A DNA stretch of 53,144 bases from a bacterium. GTDB taxonomy: Bacteria > Patescibacteriota > Patescibacteriia > Patescibacteriales > UBA12465. The position numbers and the translations under genes were made by a program. The stretch lies in assembly GCA_035402825.1 (NCBI GenBank), contig DAONDZ010000006.1:1-53144 (forward strand), read 5' to 3'. The notes below the pieces were generated by a model, which made no database searches, was not told the origin of the DNA, and saw only the letters and a program-made list of their open reading frames with translations. Positions 23,326-31,060 of this stretch are shown piece by piece (position 1 is the stretch's first letter; the number at the start of each line of letters is the position of its first letter).

Positions 23326-25677
23326 ATGAAATTAGGCAGCAAGATATTTTTAATAATCGGAGTGACTACGATTATTGGTGTTCTATTAATCGGTTATCTA
23401 ACCTATTTTTATTCTTCTCAATTTTTAAATAAACAAATCGGCCAAGACCACCAAGAAGTGGCCAGTTCAATCATGAATAATGTCAATTATTTATTGGACG
23501 AACAACTGCGATCTCTGGAATCGGTGGCTAGCCGCGCTTTGCTGCGGGAAAATTTAAATAACAGTATTTCCGCTTCCGAAAATCAATCCCTGCGTCAATC
23601 TTTAGCGATTAATTTGGCGGTTTATAAGAATTGGAATAATTTAGTCCTATTGGACGCAGTGGGCAATCCGCAATTAACAGTTTCGGCTAATGGCGAGACT
23701 GATGTTAAGATGAGCCCAGAGCGGGAAAAAATATTTGTAAAAGCTTTAGGCGGCAGCACTGTCTATTCCGACGTTTATTTTCAAGATGGCGGATCTCAGC
23801 CTATTATTACTCTGATGACGCCGGTATATTCCAGTGATCAGGTTATCGGCGTAGTATCGGTTGATTTAGATTGGGGAAAAGTGGTTACGGAGTTAAATAA
23901 TTTAGCGGATGGTAATAAAGTTTATCTTTTTAATCAGCAGGGATTAAAATTGGCTGAAACTCAGCGTTCGGATTTTAATTATATTTTGCGGGAAAAATAT
24001 TTAGACCAACAAATTTTTCAAGAAGCTGTTAGCCAATCCTCTGGTTATCGTATCTATAACAATCAGGACCAGGGCAACAAAAAATACTTGATTGCTGTTG
24101 TCCACCAGCAGGATAATGATAAATATGAAGGATATAATTGGGTATTATTTGTGGAAGAATCGCAGTCCTCGGTATTTGCTCCGGCGCAAAGAATAATTAT
24201 TATCTTTATCCTGGTGCTATTTTTATCTCTGATTCTAAGCGGCCTTATCATCTATTTCTTCTTTTCTTCCTTGATAATTAGGCCAATTAAAGAAATTAAC
24301 TCCGTCGTTTCTAAAATAGCTCAAGGAGATTTGAACTCTCACATTGAACATCAAAGCAGCGATGAAATAGGAAAATTAGCCAAAGGGGTTAATTTTATGA
24401 GTCAGAGCCTGCGCACTTTAAATAATGATTTAGCCGGACAGGTTGAAGAAAAAACCAAAAGCTTGGAACAACAGGTAGGGGAAGTGGAGAAGCAGAAGAA
24501 ATCGTTAAGCGATACGCAAAAAGCTATTTTTAATATTTTGGAAGATGTTAATTTGGAAAAGGAAAACTCTGAAAAATTAGCGGCCGATTTAGAAAAGTTT
24601 AAATTGGCGGTGGACAATGCCTCCGATCACATTGTGATTACTGACGCCGAAGGCTTGATTATTTATGCTAATACAGCCATGGCTAAGATTACCGGGTTCG
24701 CCATTGCCGATGTTTTAGGTAAGAAGGCTGGTAATAGTGATTTATGGGGCGGGAAAATGGGTAAGGCTTTTTATACTAAGATGTGGAAGATTATTAAAAC
24801 CAATAAGCAGATTTTTGTCGGGGAACTAAATAATCAGCGCAAGAATGGAGAAAAATATGTAGCCGCCGTGAGTATTTCTCCGGTATTAAATGATCAAAAT
24901 GAGGTCATCTTCTTCGTGGGCATCGAGAGAGATATTACCCGAGAGAAGGAAATAGACAAAGCCAAGACCGAATTCGTTTCTTTGGCTTCTCATCAATTGC
25001 GCACCCCATTATCAGCGATTAATTGGTATGTGGAGATGCTTTTAGACGGCGACGCTGGCAAGATTAATGCGGAGCAGAAAAAGTATTTAGAGGAGGTCTA
25101 TCAAGGCAATCAACGGATGGTAGAGCTGATTAATGCCTTGCTTAATGTTTCTCGCATTGACTTAGGCACTTTTGCCATTAATTCGGAATTAATAGATATT
25201 AATTCTCTGGCTAAGAGCGTGATTAAAGATTTAACCCCGAAGATTAAAGAAAAAAAACAGGTGTTGATTGAGAAGTATGATGCCAAGCTCCCCTTAGTCA
25301 AGGTTGACCCGAAGTTGGTACGAATCATATTTGATAATCTCTTGTCTAACGCCGTTAAGTATAGTCCGGAAAAAGCCACTATCACCCTCACCATTTCTAA
25401 GGATGCTAAGGATATATTAATCGCCGTAGCTGATACCGGCTATGGCATCCCAGAGTCGGAACAGGGCAAGATATTTAGCAAGCTCTTTCGGGCTAGCAAT
25501 ATTCGAGACAAAGAAACCGACGGAACCGGCTTGGGGCTTTATATCGTCAAATCTATAGTTGAATCTAGTGGGGGAACGATAACCTTATCCTCTCAGGAGA
25601 ATAAAGGCACTACCTTCAATGTTAAATTGCCATTATCCGGCATGAAATCTAAAGCCGGAAGTCGAGAATTAACTTAA
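23326..25677 (+). CDS. sensor histidine kinase (Cache-like extracytoplasmic domain, HAMP, PAS, HisKA, HATPase_c)
   Basis: 783 aa. Two TM helices flank a roughly 260-aa external domain. HAMP IRPIKEIN...DEIGKLAKGVNFM, PAS, H-box SHQLRTPLSAI, N/G boxes DTGYGIP and GTGLGLYIVK. Confidence 0.9.
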   Translation: MKLGSKIFLIIGVTTIIGVLLIGYLTYFYSSQFLNKQIGQDHQEVASSIMNNVNYLLDEQLRSLESVASRALLRENLNNSISASENQSLRQSLAINLAVYKNWNNLVLLDAVGNPQLTVSANGETDVKMSPEREKIFVKALGGSTVYSDVYFQDGGSQPIITLMTPVYSSDQVIGVVSVDLDWGKVVTELNNLADGNKVYLFNQQGLKLAETQRSDFNYILREKYLDQQIFQEAVSQSSGYRIYNNQDQGNKKYLIAVVHQQDNDKYEGYNWVLFVEESQSSVFAPAQRIIIIFILVLFLSLILSGLIIYFFFSSLIIRPIKEINSVVSKIAQGDLNSHIEHQSSDEIGKLAKGVNFMSQSLRTLNNDLAGQVEEKTKSLEQQVGEVEKQKKSLSDTQKAIFNILEDVNLEKENSEKLAADLEKFKLAVDNASDHIVITDAEGLIIYANTAMAKITGFAIADVLGKKAGNSDLWGGKMGKAFYTKMWKIIKTNKQIFVGELNNQRKNGEKYVAAVSISPVLNDQNEVIFFVGIERDITREKEIDKAKTEFVSLASHQLRTPLSAINWYVEMLLDGDAGKINAEQKKYLEEVYQGNQRMVELINALLNVSRIDLGTFAINSELIDINSLAKSVIKDLTPKIKEKKQVLIEKYDAKLPLVKVDPKLVRIIFDNLLSNAVKYSPEKATITLTISKDAKDILIAVADTGYGIPESEQGKIFSKLFRASNIRDKETDGTGLGLYIVKSIVESSGGTITLSSQENKGTTFNVKLPLSGMKSKAGSRELT

Positions 25678-25681
25678 AAAT

Positions 25682-26071
25682 ATGAAAAATGTTTTAGTAG
25701 TGGAAGATGAAAAACCGCTTAGCGAAGCCATTAAGCTCAAATTAGAGAAGAGCGATTTTGCCGTGGTTACCGCTCGAAGCATGGAGCAGGCGGTTAAATA
25801 TTTAGAAGATGAGGTGAAAATTGATGTCATTTGGCTGGACCACTACTTGTTAGGCCGGGGCAGTGGTTTGGATTTAGTGGCTAAAGTTAAAGAGCCGGGT
25901 TCTCCTTGGCAAAAAATCCCAATTTTTGTAGTTTCCAACACCGCCAGTCCGGATAAAGTCAATTCTTATCTCCGTTTAGGGGTCAATAAATATTATACCA
26001 AGACCGATTATCGTCTGGATCAGATTATCGGAGACATCCAGGATCTTTTAGAAAAGGGGACAATTGAATAG
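25682..26071 (+). CDS. single-domain response regulator receiver
   Basis: 129 aa. VLVVEDE, phospho-Asp in VIWLDHYL, no output domain. Starts 4 nt after the kinase stop. Confidence 0.85.
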   Translation: MKNVLVVEDEKPLSEAIKLKLEKSDFAVVTARSMEQAVKYLEDEVKIDVIWLDHYLLGRGSGLDLVAKVKEPGSPWQKIPIFVVSNTASPDKVNSYLRLGVNKYYTKTDYRLDQIIGDIQDLLEKGTIE

Positions 26072-26084
26072 CTAAAAAGCTGAT

Positions 26085-26111
26085 AAAACCCCCTATTTTA
26101 CGGGGGTTTTT
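26085..26111 (+). terminator. rho-independent terminator
   Basis: aaaaccccc / 8-nt loop / gggggttttt. Confidence 0.75.
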
Positions 26112-26121
26112 GTTATATCTA

Positions 26122-26150
26122 TTGACATAAAATATATTTTGTGTTAATAT
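26122..26150 (+). promoter_or_regulatory. sigma70-type promoter with extended -10
   Basis: TTGACA (26122-26127), 17-nt spacer ending TGt, TAATAT (26145-26150). Confidence 0.55.
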
Positions 26151-26217
26151 AGAGGGTTAGGAATTCCTGTCACTTGCTTGATAGGATTTTTTAATTTAAG
26201 AATAACTAACCCTTAAT

Positions 26218-26685
26218 ATGATATTGAATCTGATAAAAAAGTCTTTAATTGTTATATTCTTGGCTTTTCTGGCTTTCAGCCCTTATCCGGTGCTGTTAGC
26301 TCAAGCCGATACTCATAATCCGATTGTATTGGCCAAAGAACCCCAATTATTGGCCGAGCCGGAATATCGCGTTAGTCGAGTTAGTGATCATTATATCACT
26401 TCTTATACCTCAGAAGTGGCTCAAACCGATAGTTCACCTTGCATTACCGCTAACGGCTACAACGTCTGTACCGGAGCTAATGAGGATACTATCGCCGCTA
26501 ACTTTTTGCCCTTCGGGACTAAGGTTAGAATACCGGAGTTATTTGGCGACCGAGTCTTCGTGGTCCGCGACCGGATGAACCGTCGCTATCCTAACCGAGT
26601 TGATGTTTGGTTGCGGGATAATGACGAAGCTATTCAATTTGGTGTTCAATTCGCCAAAATTGAAGTTTTGGCTGAAAATAATTAA
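26218..26685 (+). CDS. secreted 3D / RlpA-like double-psi beta-barrel domain protein
   Basis: 155 aa, signal peptide. TSYTSEVAQTDSSPCITANG...IAANFLPFGTKVRIPELFGDRVFVVRDRMN...RVDVWL resembles the 3D (MltA/RlpA-like) domain. Confidence 0.7.
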   Translation: MILNLIKKSLIVIFLAFLAFSPYPVLLAQADTHNPIVLAKEPQLLAEPEYRVSRVSDHYITSYTSEVAQTDSSPCITANGYNVCTGANEDTIAANFLPFGTKVRIPELFGDRVFVVRDRMNRRYPNRVDVWLRDNDEAIQFGVQFAKIEVLAENN

Positions 26686-26692
26686 TAATCAT

Positions 26693-26724
26693 AAAAAAGA
26701 CAGCTCAGATGAGCTGTCTTTTTT
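26693..26724. terminator. bidirectional terminator between convergent genes
   Basis: aaaaaagacagctc / agat / gagctgtctttttt (14-bp stem with an A run and a T run on either side). Confidence 0.8.
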
Positions 26725-26745
26725 AGTATAGAATAGATGATTTGT

Positions 26746-27477
26746 TTATTCCGTAGCTTGATGCTCTAAAAGCATTTTCTCTATTTCTGGATAGCCATTA
26801 GAGCGAGCGATGTTTAAAGCGGTGGTGCGATAGTTGTTTTTGGCATTAACATCAGCCCCGGCTTCTACCAACAACTTGGCAATGTCGGTATGACCGTCTT
26901 GAACGGCCTTGATTAAGGCAGTGGAACCATTTTGAGACTCAGTATTAATATCAGCTCCTAGTTTAATTAAGCTGGCCACTGTTTCTAAATGTCCATTGCG
27001 AGCGGCAGCCATGAGGGGTGTAATGCCTTTACGGCCACGGCCATTAACATCCACTCCTTTGTTTACTAATATTTCCACTATCGCGGTATGGCCGTTTTGA
27101 GCGGCAAAAACTAAAGCATTATGAGCGGCAAAGATGGAAGAGAAGTTGGCATGACCATTTTCGGCCAAGATAACTCCTTTTTCGATTAGCAGTTCAATGA
27201 TATCTTGACGACCGCTCCAGGCGGCATACATCAAAGCGTTAAAGCCATGGAAGTTCTTGAGGTTAACATCAGCGCCTTTCTCAATTAAGTATTTGGCAGT
27301 CTCGTAATGTCCATCCCGAGCGGCAATCATTAAGGCGGTTAATCCTTCATTATCATTCTGGTTGATGTCAGCACCATTAGCCATTTCTTTTTGGACAGCG
27401 GACAGATTATCGGAGCGTACCGCTTCCAAGAAGGGCGAGAGAATGTTCAGATTGTTTTCTCCGTTAGTTTTAGGCAT
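26746..27477 (-). CDS. ankyrin repeat protein (about 6-7 ANK repeats)
   Basis: 243 aa. Repeated G-x-TALM-x-AA-x-xGH-x-E/D-x-x-x-LI-x-xGADVN units. No signal peptide. ATG lies 1 nt after the upstream receiver stop. Confidence 0.9.
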   Translation of the reverse strand: MPKTNGENNLNILSPFLEAVRSDNLSAVQKEMANGADINQNDNEGLTALMIAARDGHYETAKYLIEKGADVNLKNFHGFNALMYAAWSGRQDIIELLIEKGVILAENGHANFSSIFAAHNALVFAAQNGHTAIVEILVNKGVDVNGRGRKGITPLMAAARNGHLETVASLIKLGADINTESQNGSTALIKAVQDGHTDIAKLLVEAGADVNAKNNYRTTALNIARSNGYPEIEKMLLEHQATE

Positions 27478-27478
27478 A

Positions 27479-27850
27479 TTATTGGCCCAATTTTTCTTTA
27501 ACCTTAGCTACTATTTGGGATAGGTCCCAATCGCTTTTAACTAAATAATAGAAAGCTTGCTGTGATAGGGCTTCCATAACCTTCTGTTCGTCGCTTAAGT
27601 TAGTTAACATCATCACCGGAATATTTTTGCCCCATTCGGTAGTTCGCATGTTCTTTAACATGGTCAATCCGTCCATTTTAGGCATGTTGATATCAACCAG
27701 CATTAAATCCGGCAGATTCTGCTCGGCAGTTTTTAGGCCCTCTTCGCCGTCATAGGCGGTAAAGACTTCAAAGTTTTCCTGTTCAAACTCATAGCTGATA
27801 GCCTTAGCTAAAGTGATATCATCCTCAACGATCAATATTTTTTTGCGCAT
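27479..27850 (-). CDS. single-domain response regulator receiver
   Basis: Start taken at MRKKILIVEDD (27850), 1 nt after the kinase stop. The ORF-track start at 27886 would overlap the kinase. Phospho-Asp in LMLVDINMPKMDG. No output domain. Confidence 0.9.
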   Translation of the reverse strand: MRKKILIVEDDITLAKAISYEFEQENFEVFTAYDGEEGLKTAEQNLPDLMLVDINMPKMDGLTMLKNMRTTEWGKNIPVMMLTNLSDEQKVMEALSQQAFYYLVKSDWDLSQIVAKVKEKLGQ

Positions 27851-27851
27851 A

Positions 27852-29111
27852 TTATTTAATTTCTTTGTTAATATTTTTAACTTCATCTTCGCCTTTTAAG
27901 GCTAGTTTGAAGTAGAAAGTAGTGCCTTGGTTTTCTTTGGTTTCAAACCACATTTCGCCGCCGTGAGCCCTGATTAATTCGCGGGCAATATAGAGGCCTA
28001 GGCCGCTGCCGTTAGGATCTTGGCTGGAGGCATTATCGGCTCGGAAGAACTTCTCAAACAAACGTTCTTTTTGATAGGCAGGGATGCCAATACCCTCATC
28101 TTTGACCATGATAATGGCGTCCTTATTATTCTTCTCGGAAACGGAAATAGTAATTGCTTTGCCGGCCGGAGTATACTTGGTGGCATTACTGATTAAATTC
28201 TGTAGTACTTGTTTTATTTTAACATAATCGGCAAAAATTGACAATGTTTTCGGTACTTGATTGGTTATTTTCAAGCTCTTAGTTTGGATCAGGGAAACGT
28301 TCTCGGTTAGCACCTCTTCAATGGCCTGAGAGAGGAAGAAATTGGCTTTAGTGACCGTAAATTTGCGGCCGGTTTCAATATGGGAAATATCCAAAATGTC
28401 GTTTACCAATTTAATCATTCTTTGGTTACTCCCGGAGATTTGGTTCAAGAAATCCAATTGCTGGGGGGTGAGATTATTTTCTTTGTTGCGCAAAAGAAGC
28501 TCGGTAAACCAGCGGATACCGGTTAAAGGAGTGCGGAGCTGATGAGAAACTAAGCTGATAAACTCATTTTTCATCTTTTCCATCTCTTTTTCCTTGGTGA
28601 TGTCCCGTTCAATGCTGACAAAGAAGAGGATTGAGCCGTTTTCATCTAGAACCGGAGCGATATTTAATTCCGCGGCGTAGTCTTCGCCATTTTTGCGGCG
28701 GTTGTTTATTTCTCCGCGGAAGGCCTCTTTTTTCACTTTGATAGTCTCCCACATCTTTTGATAGAACTCCGGGTTCATATGATTACCCCAAAGATCTTTG
28801 CCGCCGGCTTTTTTGCCTAATATTTCCGGGACCTGATAGCCGGTGATGCTTTCGGTGGCTTTGTTGGCATAGACAATGATAGCGTCGGGGTCGGTGATGA
28901 TGATGGTATCAGAAGCGCTATCCACGGCTAAGCGGAACTTCTTGGATTCAATCATTTGCAATTCCAAATTCAGCTTATCACGAACTAGATCGTCAAAAAG
29001 GATTTTTACTTTTTCCTGCAGGGAACCGTATATTTCCTTGGTGCGTTCTATATCTTCGCCAAAATCTTTCTCGTTTAAAGATTGGGCGGGGTTTTTTTTA
29101 ATTTCAGCCAT
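27852..29111 (-). CDS. cytoplasmic PAS-domain sensor histidine kinase
   Basis: 419 aa, no TM. Its PAS domain is paralogous to that of 23326..25677. H-box SHQLRTPLTGI and G-box GSGLGLYIAREL. Confidence 0.9.
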   Translation of the reverse strand: MAEIKKNPAQSLNEKDFGEDIERTKEIYGSLQEKVKILFDDLVRDKLNLELQMIESKKFRLAVDSASDTIIITDPDAIIVYANKATESITGYQVPEILGKKAGGKDLWGNHMNPEFYQKMWETIKVKKEAFRGEINNRRKNGEDYAAELNIAPVLDENGSILFFVSIERDITKEKEMEKMKNEFISLVSHQLRTPLTGIRWFTELLLRNKENNLTPQQLDFLNQISGSNQRMIKLVNDILDISHIETGRKFTVTKANFFLSQAIEEVLTENVSLIQTKSLKITNQVPKTLSIFADYVKIKQVLQNLISNATKYTPAGKAITISVSEKNNKDAIIMVKDEGIGIPAYQKERLFEKFFRADNASSQDPNGSGLGLYIARELIRAHGGEMWFETKENQGTTFYFKLALKGEDEVKNINKEIK

Positions 29112-29144
29112 AGAATAAAGAGATTTTTGAATTATGATGTCTTC

Positions 29145-29153
29145 ATTATATCA
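29145..29153 (-). promoter_or_regulatory. extended -10 promoter candidate for the kinase-receiver-ankyrin operon
   Basis: Minus-strand TGATATAAT, about 33 nt upstream of the ATG at 29111. Confidence 0.45.
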
Positions 29154-29189
29154 CAATCTCGGGCGGACTGCCAAATTAGCGCTTCTAAA

Positions 29190-29219
29190 TTGGACGGGGA
29201 TTTTAAAAAATGGTAGAAT
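29190..29219 (+). promoter_or_regulatory. sigma70-type promoter with extended -10
   Basis: TTGGAC (29190-29195), 18-nt spacer ending TGg, TAGAAT (29214-29219). Confidence 0.5.
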
Positions 29220-29242
29220 GTAATTAATTAATTATAAAACAT

Positions 29243-29626
29243 ATGAAAATTCTCATCATTGATAATGACACCAGCATCGGGACTACCATGAAAAGCGCCT
29301 TGGGCCTTAATCCCAGTTATGAAGTGGATATTGCCCTGAGCGCTAAGGAAGGTTTGGACAAGATGCGAGCCCAGAAATATGATTTGGTGCTCTTGGATTT
29401 TATGATGCCGGAAATTAGCGGTATTGATTTATGTAAAACCATGGTGGCTGACCCGGAATTGAAGAAGATGTCGGTTATTTTGGTTTCAGCCCTACCCATC
29501 ACTTCCAAGGTTTTTCAAGAGACCAATGGCAATTTTCAGGAGCTTGGCGTGATTAAAGGGCTTTTGGAAAAGCCTTTCGGCGTTTCCGACTTATTAGACA
29601 AGGTGGCGCAGGTAATCAAAAAATAA
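29243..29626 (+). CDS. single-domain response regulator receiver
   Basis: 127 aa. ILIIDND, phospho-Asp in LVLLDFMMPEISG, no output domain. Confidence 0.85.
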   Translation: MKILIIDNDTSIGTTMKSALGLNPSYEVDIALSAKEGLDKMRAQKYDLVLLDFMMPEISGIDLCKTMVADPELKKMSVILVSALPITSKVFQETNGNFQELGVIKGLLEKPFGVSDLLDKVAQVIKK

Positions 29627-29636
29627 ATTTTTTTCT

Positions 29637-30983
29637 ATGGATAAAATAAAATCTTTTTTAGCTAAAAAGCTGGTTTTGGCCGTATTGGTGGTAATCTACT
29701 TCGCAGTGGTGATTTATTTCATCATGCTTAAATCTTATCCGCCGCAAACCTATTATCTGCTCGGCTTTTTCGCGGTGACTAATGTGCCGACCGGCTTAGC
29801 TTTGATTTTGCGCCGTAATTCCGCAGAGCTCAAGGCTCGATTAGTGCGAAAAGATTTGGAATTATCTTTAACTAAGCGTCGTTTTTCCGGAGTGATAGAT
29901 TTATTACCGCAAATGGTCTATGAATATCAAAGCGAGAATGGCGGCAAGATAGTTTTTCTTAACAACTTTGGTTTGAAACTTTTGGGATACACTAATGAAG
30001 AAGTGAAGAATTTGAACTATATTAATATCTTTGATCCGGCAGAAAGAGAAAAGATTATCAAGGAAAAGGAAAAGATTATCCGCTCGCATCAAACTACCGT
30101 TAGCGAACATATTTGCGTGCGTAAAGACGGTTCCAAATTTCCGGCCGCTCTTTATTCTGCTCCCATTAGTAATGAACGCAATGAAATCGTGGGGGTGCGA
30201 AGCATTTTAATTGATTTAACCGAAGTCCAACGCTTTAAAGATACTGTGGAGCAGTTAACTAACTTGGATAAAACCAAAGATGACTTTTTAAATATCGCCG
30301 CCCATGAATTAAAGACTCCGTTAACCTCTATTCTGGTGATGAGCGAAATATTGCGGCAGAATCCCAAGCTGGCCAAGGTTCCAGATTTAAAGGAGCAAAT
30401 GGATGTGATCTTTAATGAATCCAATCGGCTCAAGAAAATTGTTGATCAGATCTTGACTATTACCCGATTTGAAAATAAACGGCCGGTGGCTAAGATTGAA
30501 CCTTTTGATTTGGTGGCTGGAATTAATAATTTTTTGCCGACCTTGCAAGCTTTAGCTAGTACCAAGAAAGCGGAGTTCTCAATAGATATGAAAGTGAAGA
30601 AGGCGATGGTTCGGGCTAACTTGGATAAGGTGATGGAGGTGATTTATAATTTTGTGGACAACGCTATTAAATACGGTGGCAATATCAACAAGGTGGAAAT
30701 GAATGTCTCCCGACAATTAAATAAAATCAGAGTAGAGGTTAGAGATCATGGCGATGGCATCGGCCGCGATAAGGCTACCAGTATTTTTACTAAATTCGGA
30801 CAGCTAGAGTCCACTATGACTCGCAGCCAAGAGGGAATCGGATTGGGCCTCTATATTTGCCGCTTAATCATTGAAGCCTATGGCGGGGAAATCGGCGTTG
30901 ATAGCCGAGTTCATCAGGGCAGCACCTTCTATTTCTCTCTACCGGTAATGAAAGAGGACAAGGAAGTTAATGAAAATAAATAA
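29637..30983 (+). CDS. membrane-anchored PAS sensor histidine kinase
   Basis: 448 aa. Two N-terminal TM helices with almost no external loop, PAS, H-box AAHELKTPLTSI, G-box GIGLGLYICRLI. Confidence 0.9.
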   Translation: MDKIKSFLAKKLVLAVLVVIYFAVVIYFIMLKSYPPQTYYLLGFFAVTNVPTGLALILRRNSAELKARLVRKDLELSLTKRRFSGVIDLLPQMVYEYQSENGGKIVFLNNFGLKLLGYTNEEVKNLNYINIFDPAEREKIIKEKEKIIRSHQTTVSEHICVRKDGSKFPAALYSAPISNERNEIVGVRSILIDLTEVQRFKDTVEQLTNLDKTKDDFLNIAAHELKTPLTSILVMSEILRQNPKLAKVPDLKEQMDVIFNESNRLKKIVDQILTITRFENKRPVAKIEPFDLVAGINNFLPTLQALASTKKAEFSIDMKVKKAMVRANLDKVMEVIYNFVDNAIKYGGNINKVEMNVSRQLNKIRVEVRDHGDGIGRDKATSIFTKFGQLESTMTRSQEGIGLGLYICRLIIEAYGGEIGVDSRVHQGSTFYFSLPVMKEDKEVNENK

Positions 30984-31003
30984 TAGCTGAAATAATTTTC
31001 TCT

Positions 31004-31029
31004 AAAAACCCCCGAAATTCGGGGGTTTT
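31004..31029 (+). terminator. rho-independent terminator
   Basis: aaaaacccccg / aaatt / cgggggtttt. Confidence 0.75.
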
Positions 31030-31044
31030 GCTATATTCTGATTG

Positions 31045-31053
31045 TGCTATAAT
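31045..31053 (+). promoter_or_regulatory. extended -10 promoter, apparently leaderless rarA
   Basis: TGCTATAAT, 7 nt before the ATG at 31061. Confidence 0.5.
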
Positions 31054-31060
31054 CTATTAT

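Noticed and set aside
26153-26213. An 8-bp long-range pairing (AGGGTTAG / CTAACCCT) in the leader of the 3D-domain gene. I considered it as a possible riboswitch, since wall-hydrolase genes in some phyla sit behind c-di-AMP (ydaO-type) riboswitches.
   Set aside because: The predicted transcription start (about 7 nt after the -10 at 26145-26150) falls inside the 5' arm. The leader of about 60 nt is also far too short for that riboswitch class. No conserved riboswitch core was recognisable.
26324-26578. An 84-aa same-strand alternative-frame ORF inside the 3D-domain gene.
   Set aside because: The overlapping frame at 26218-26685 has a signal peptide and the domain motif. The internal frame shows no features.
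31028-31060. N-terminal extensions in the ORF track that begin at TTG or at upstream in-frame starts (31028, 44799, 11659, 43136, 4593, 14055, 27886, 49966).
   Set aside because: The extensions either overlap the preceding gene or include the promoter -10 element itself. A downstream ATG gives the canonical protein N-terminus in every case.
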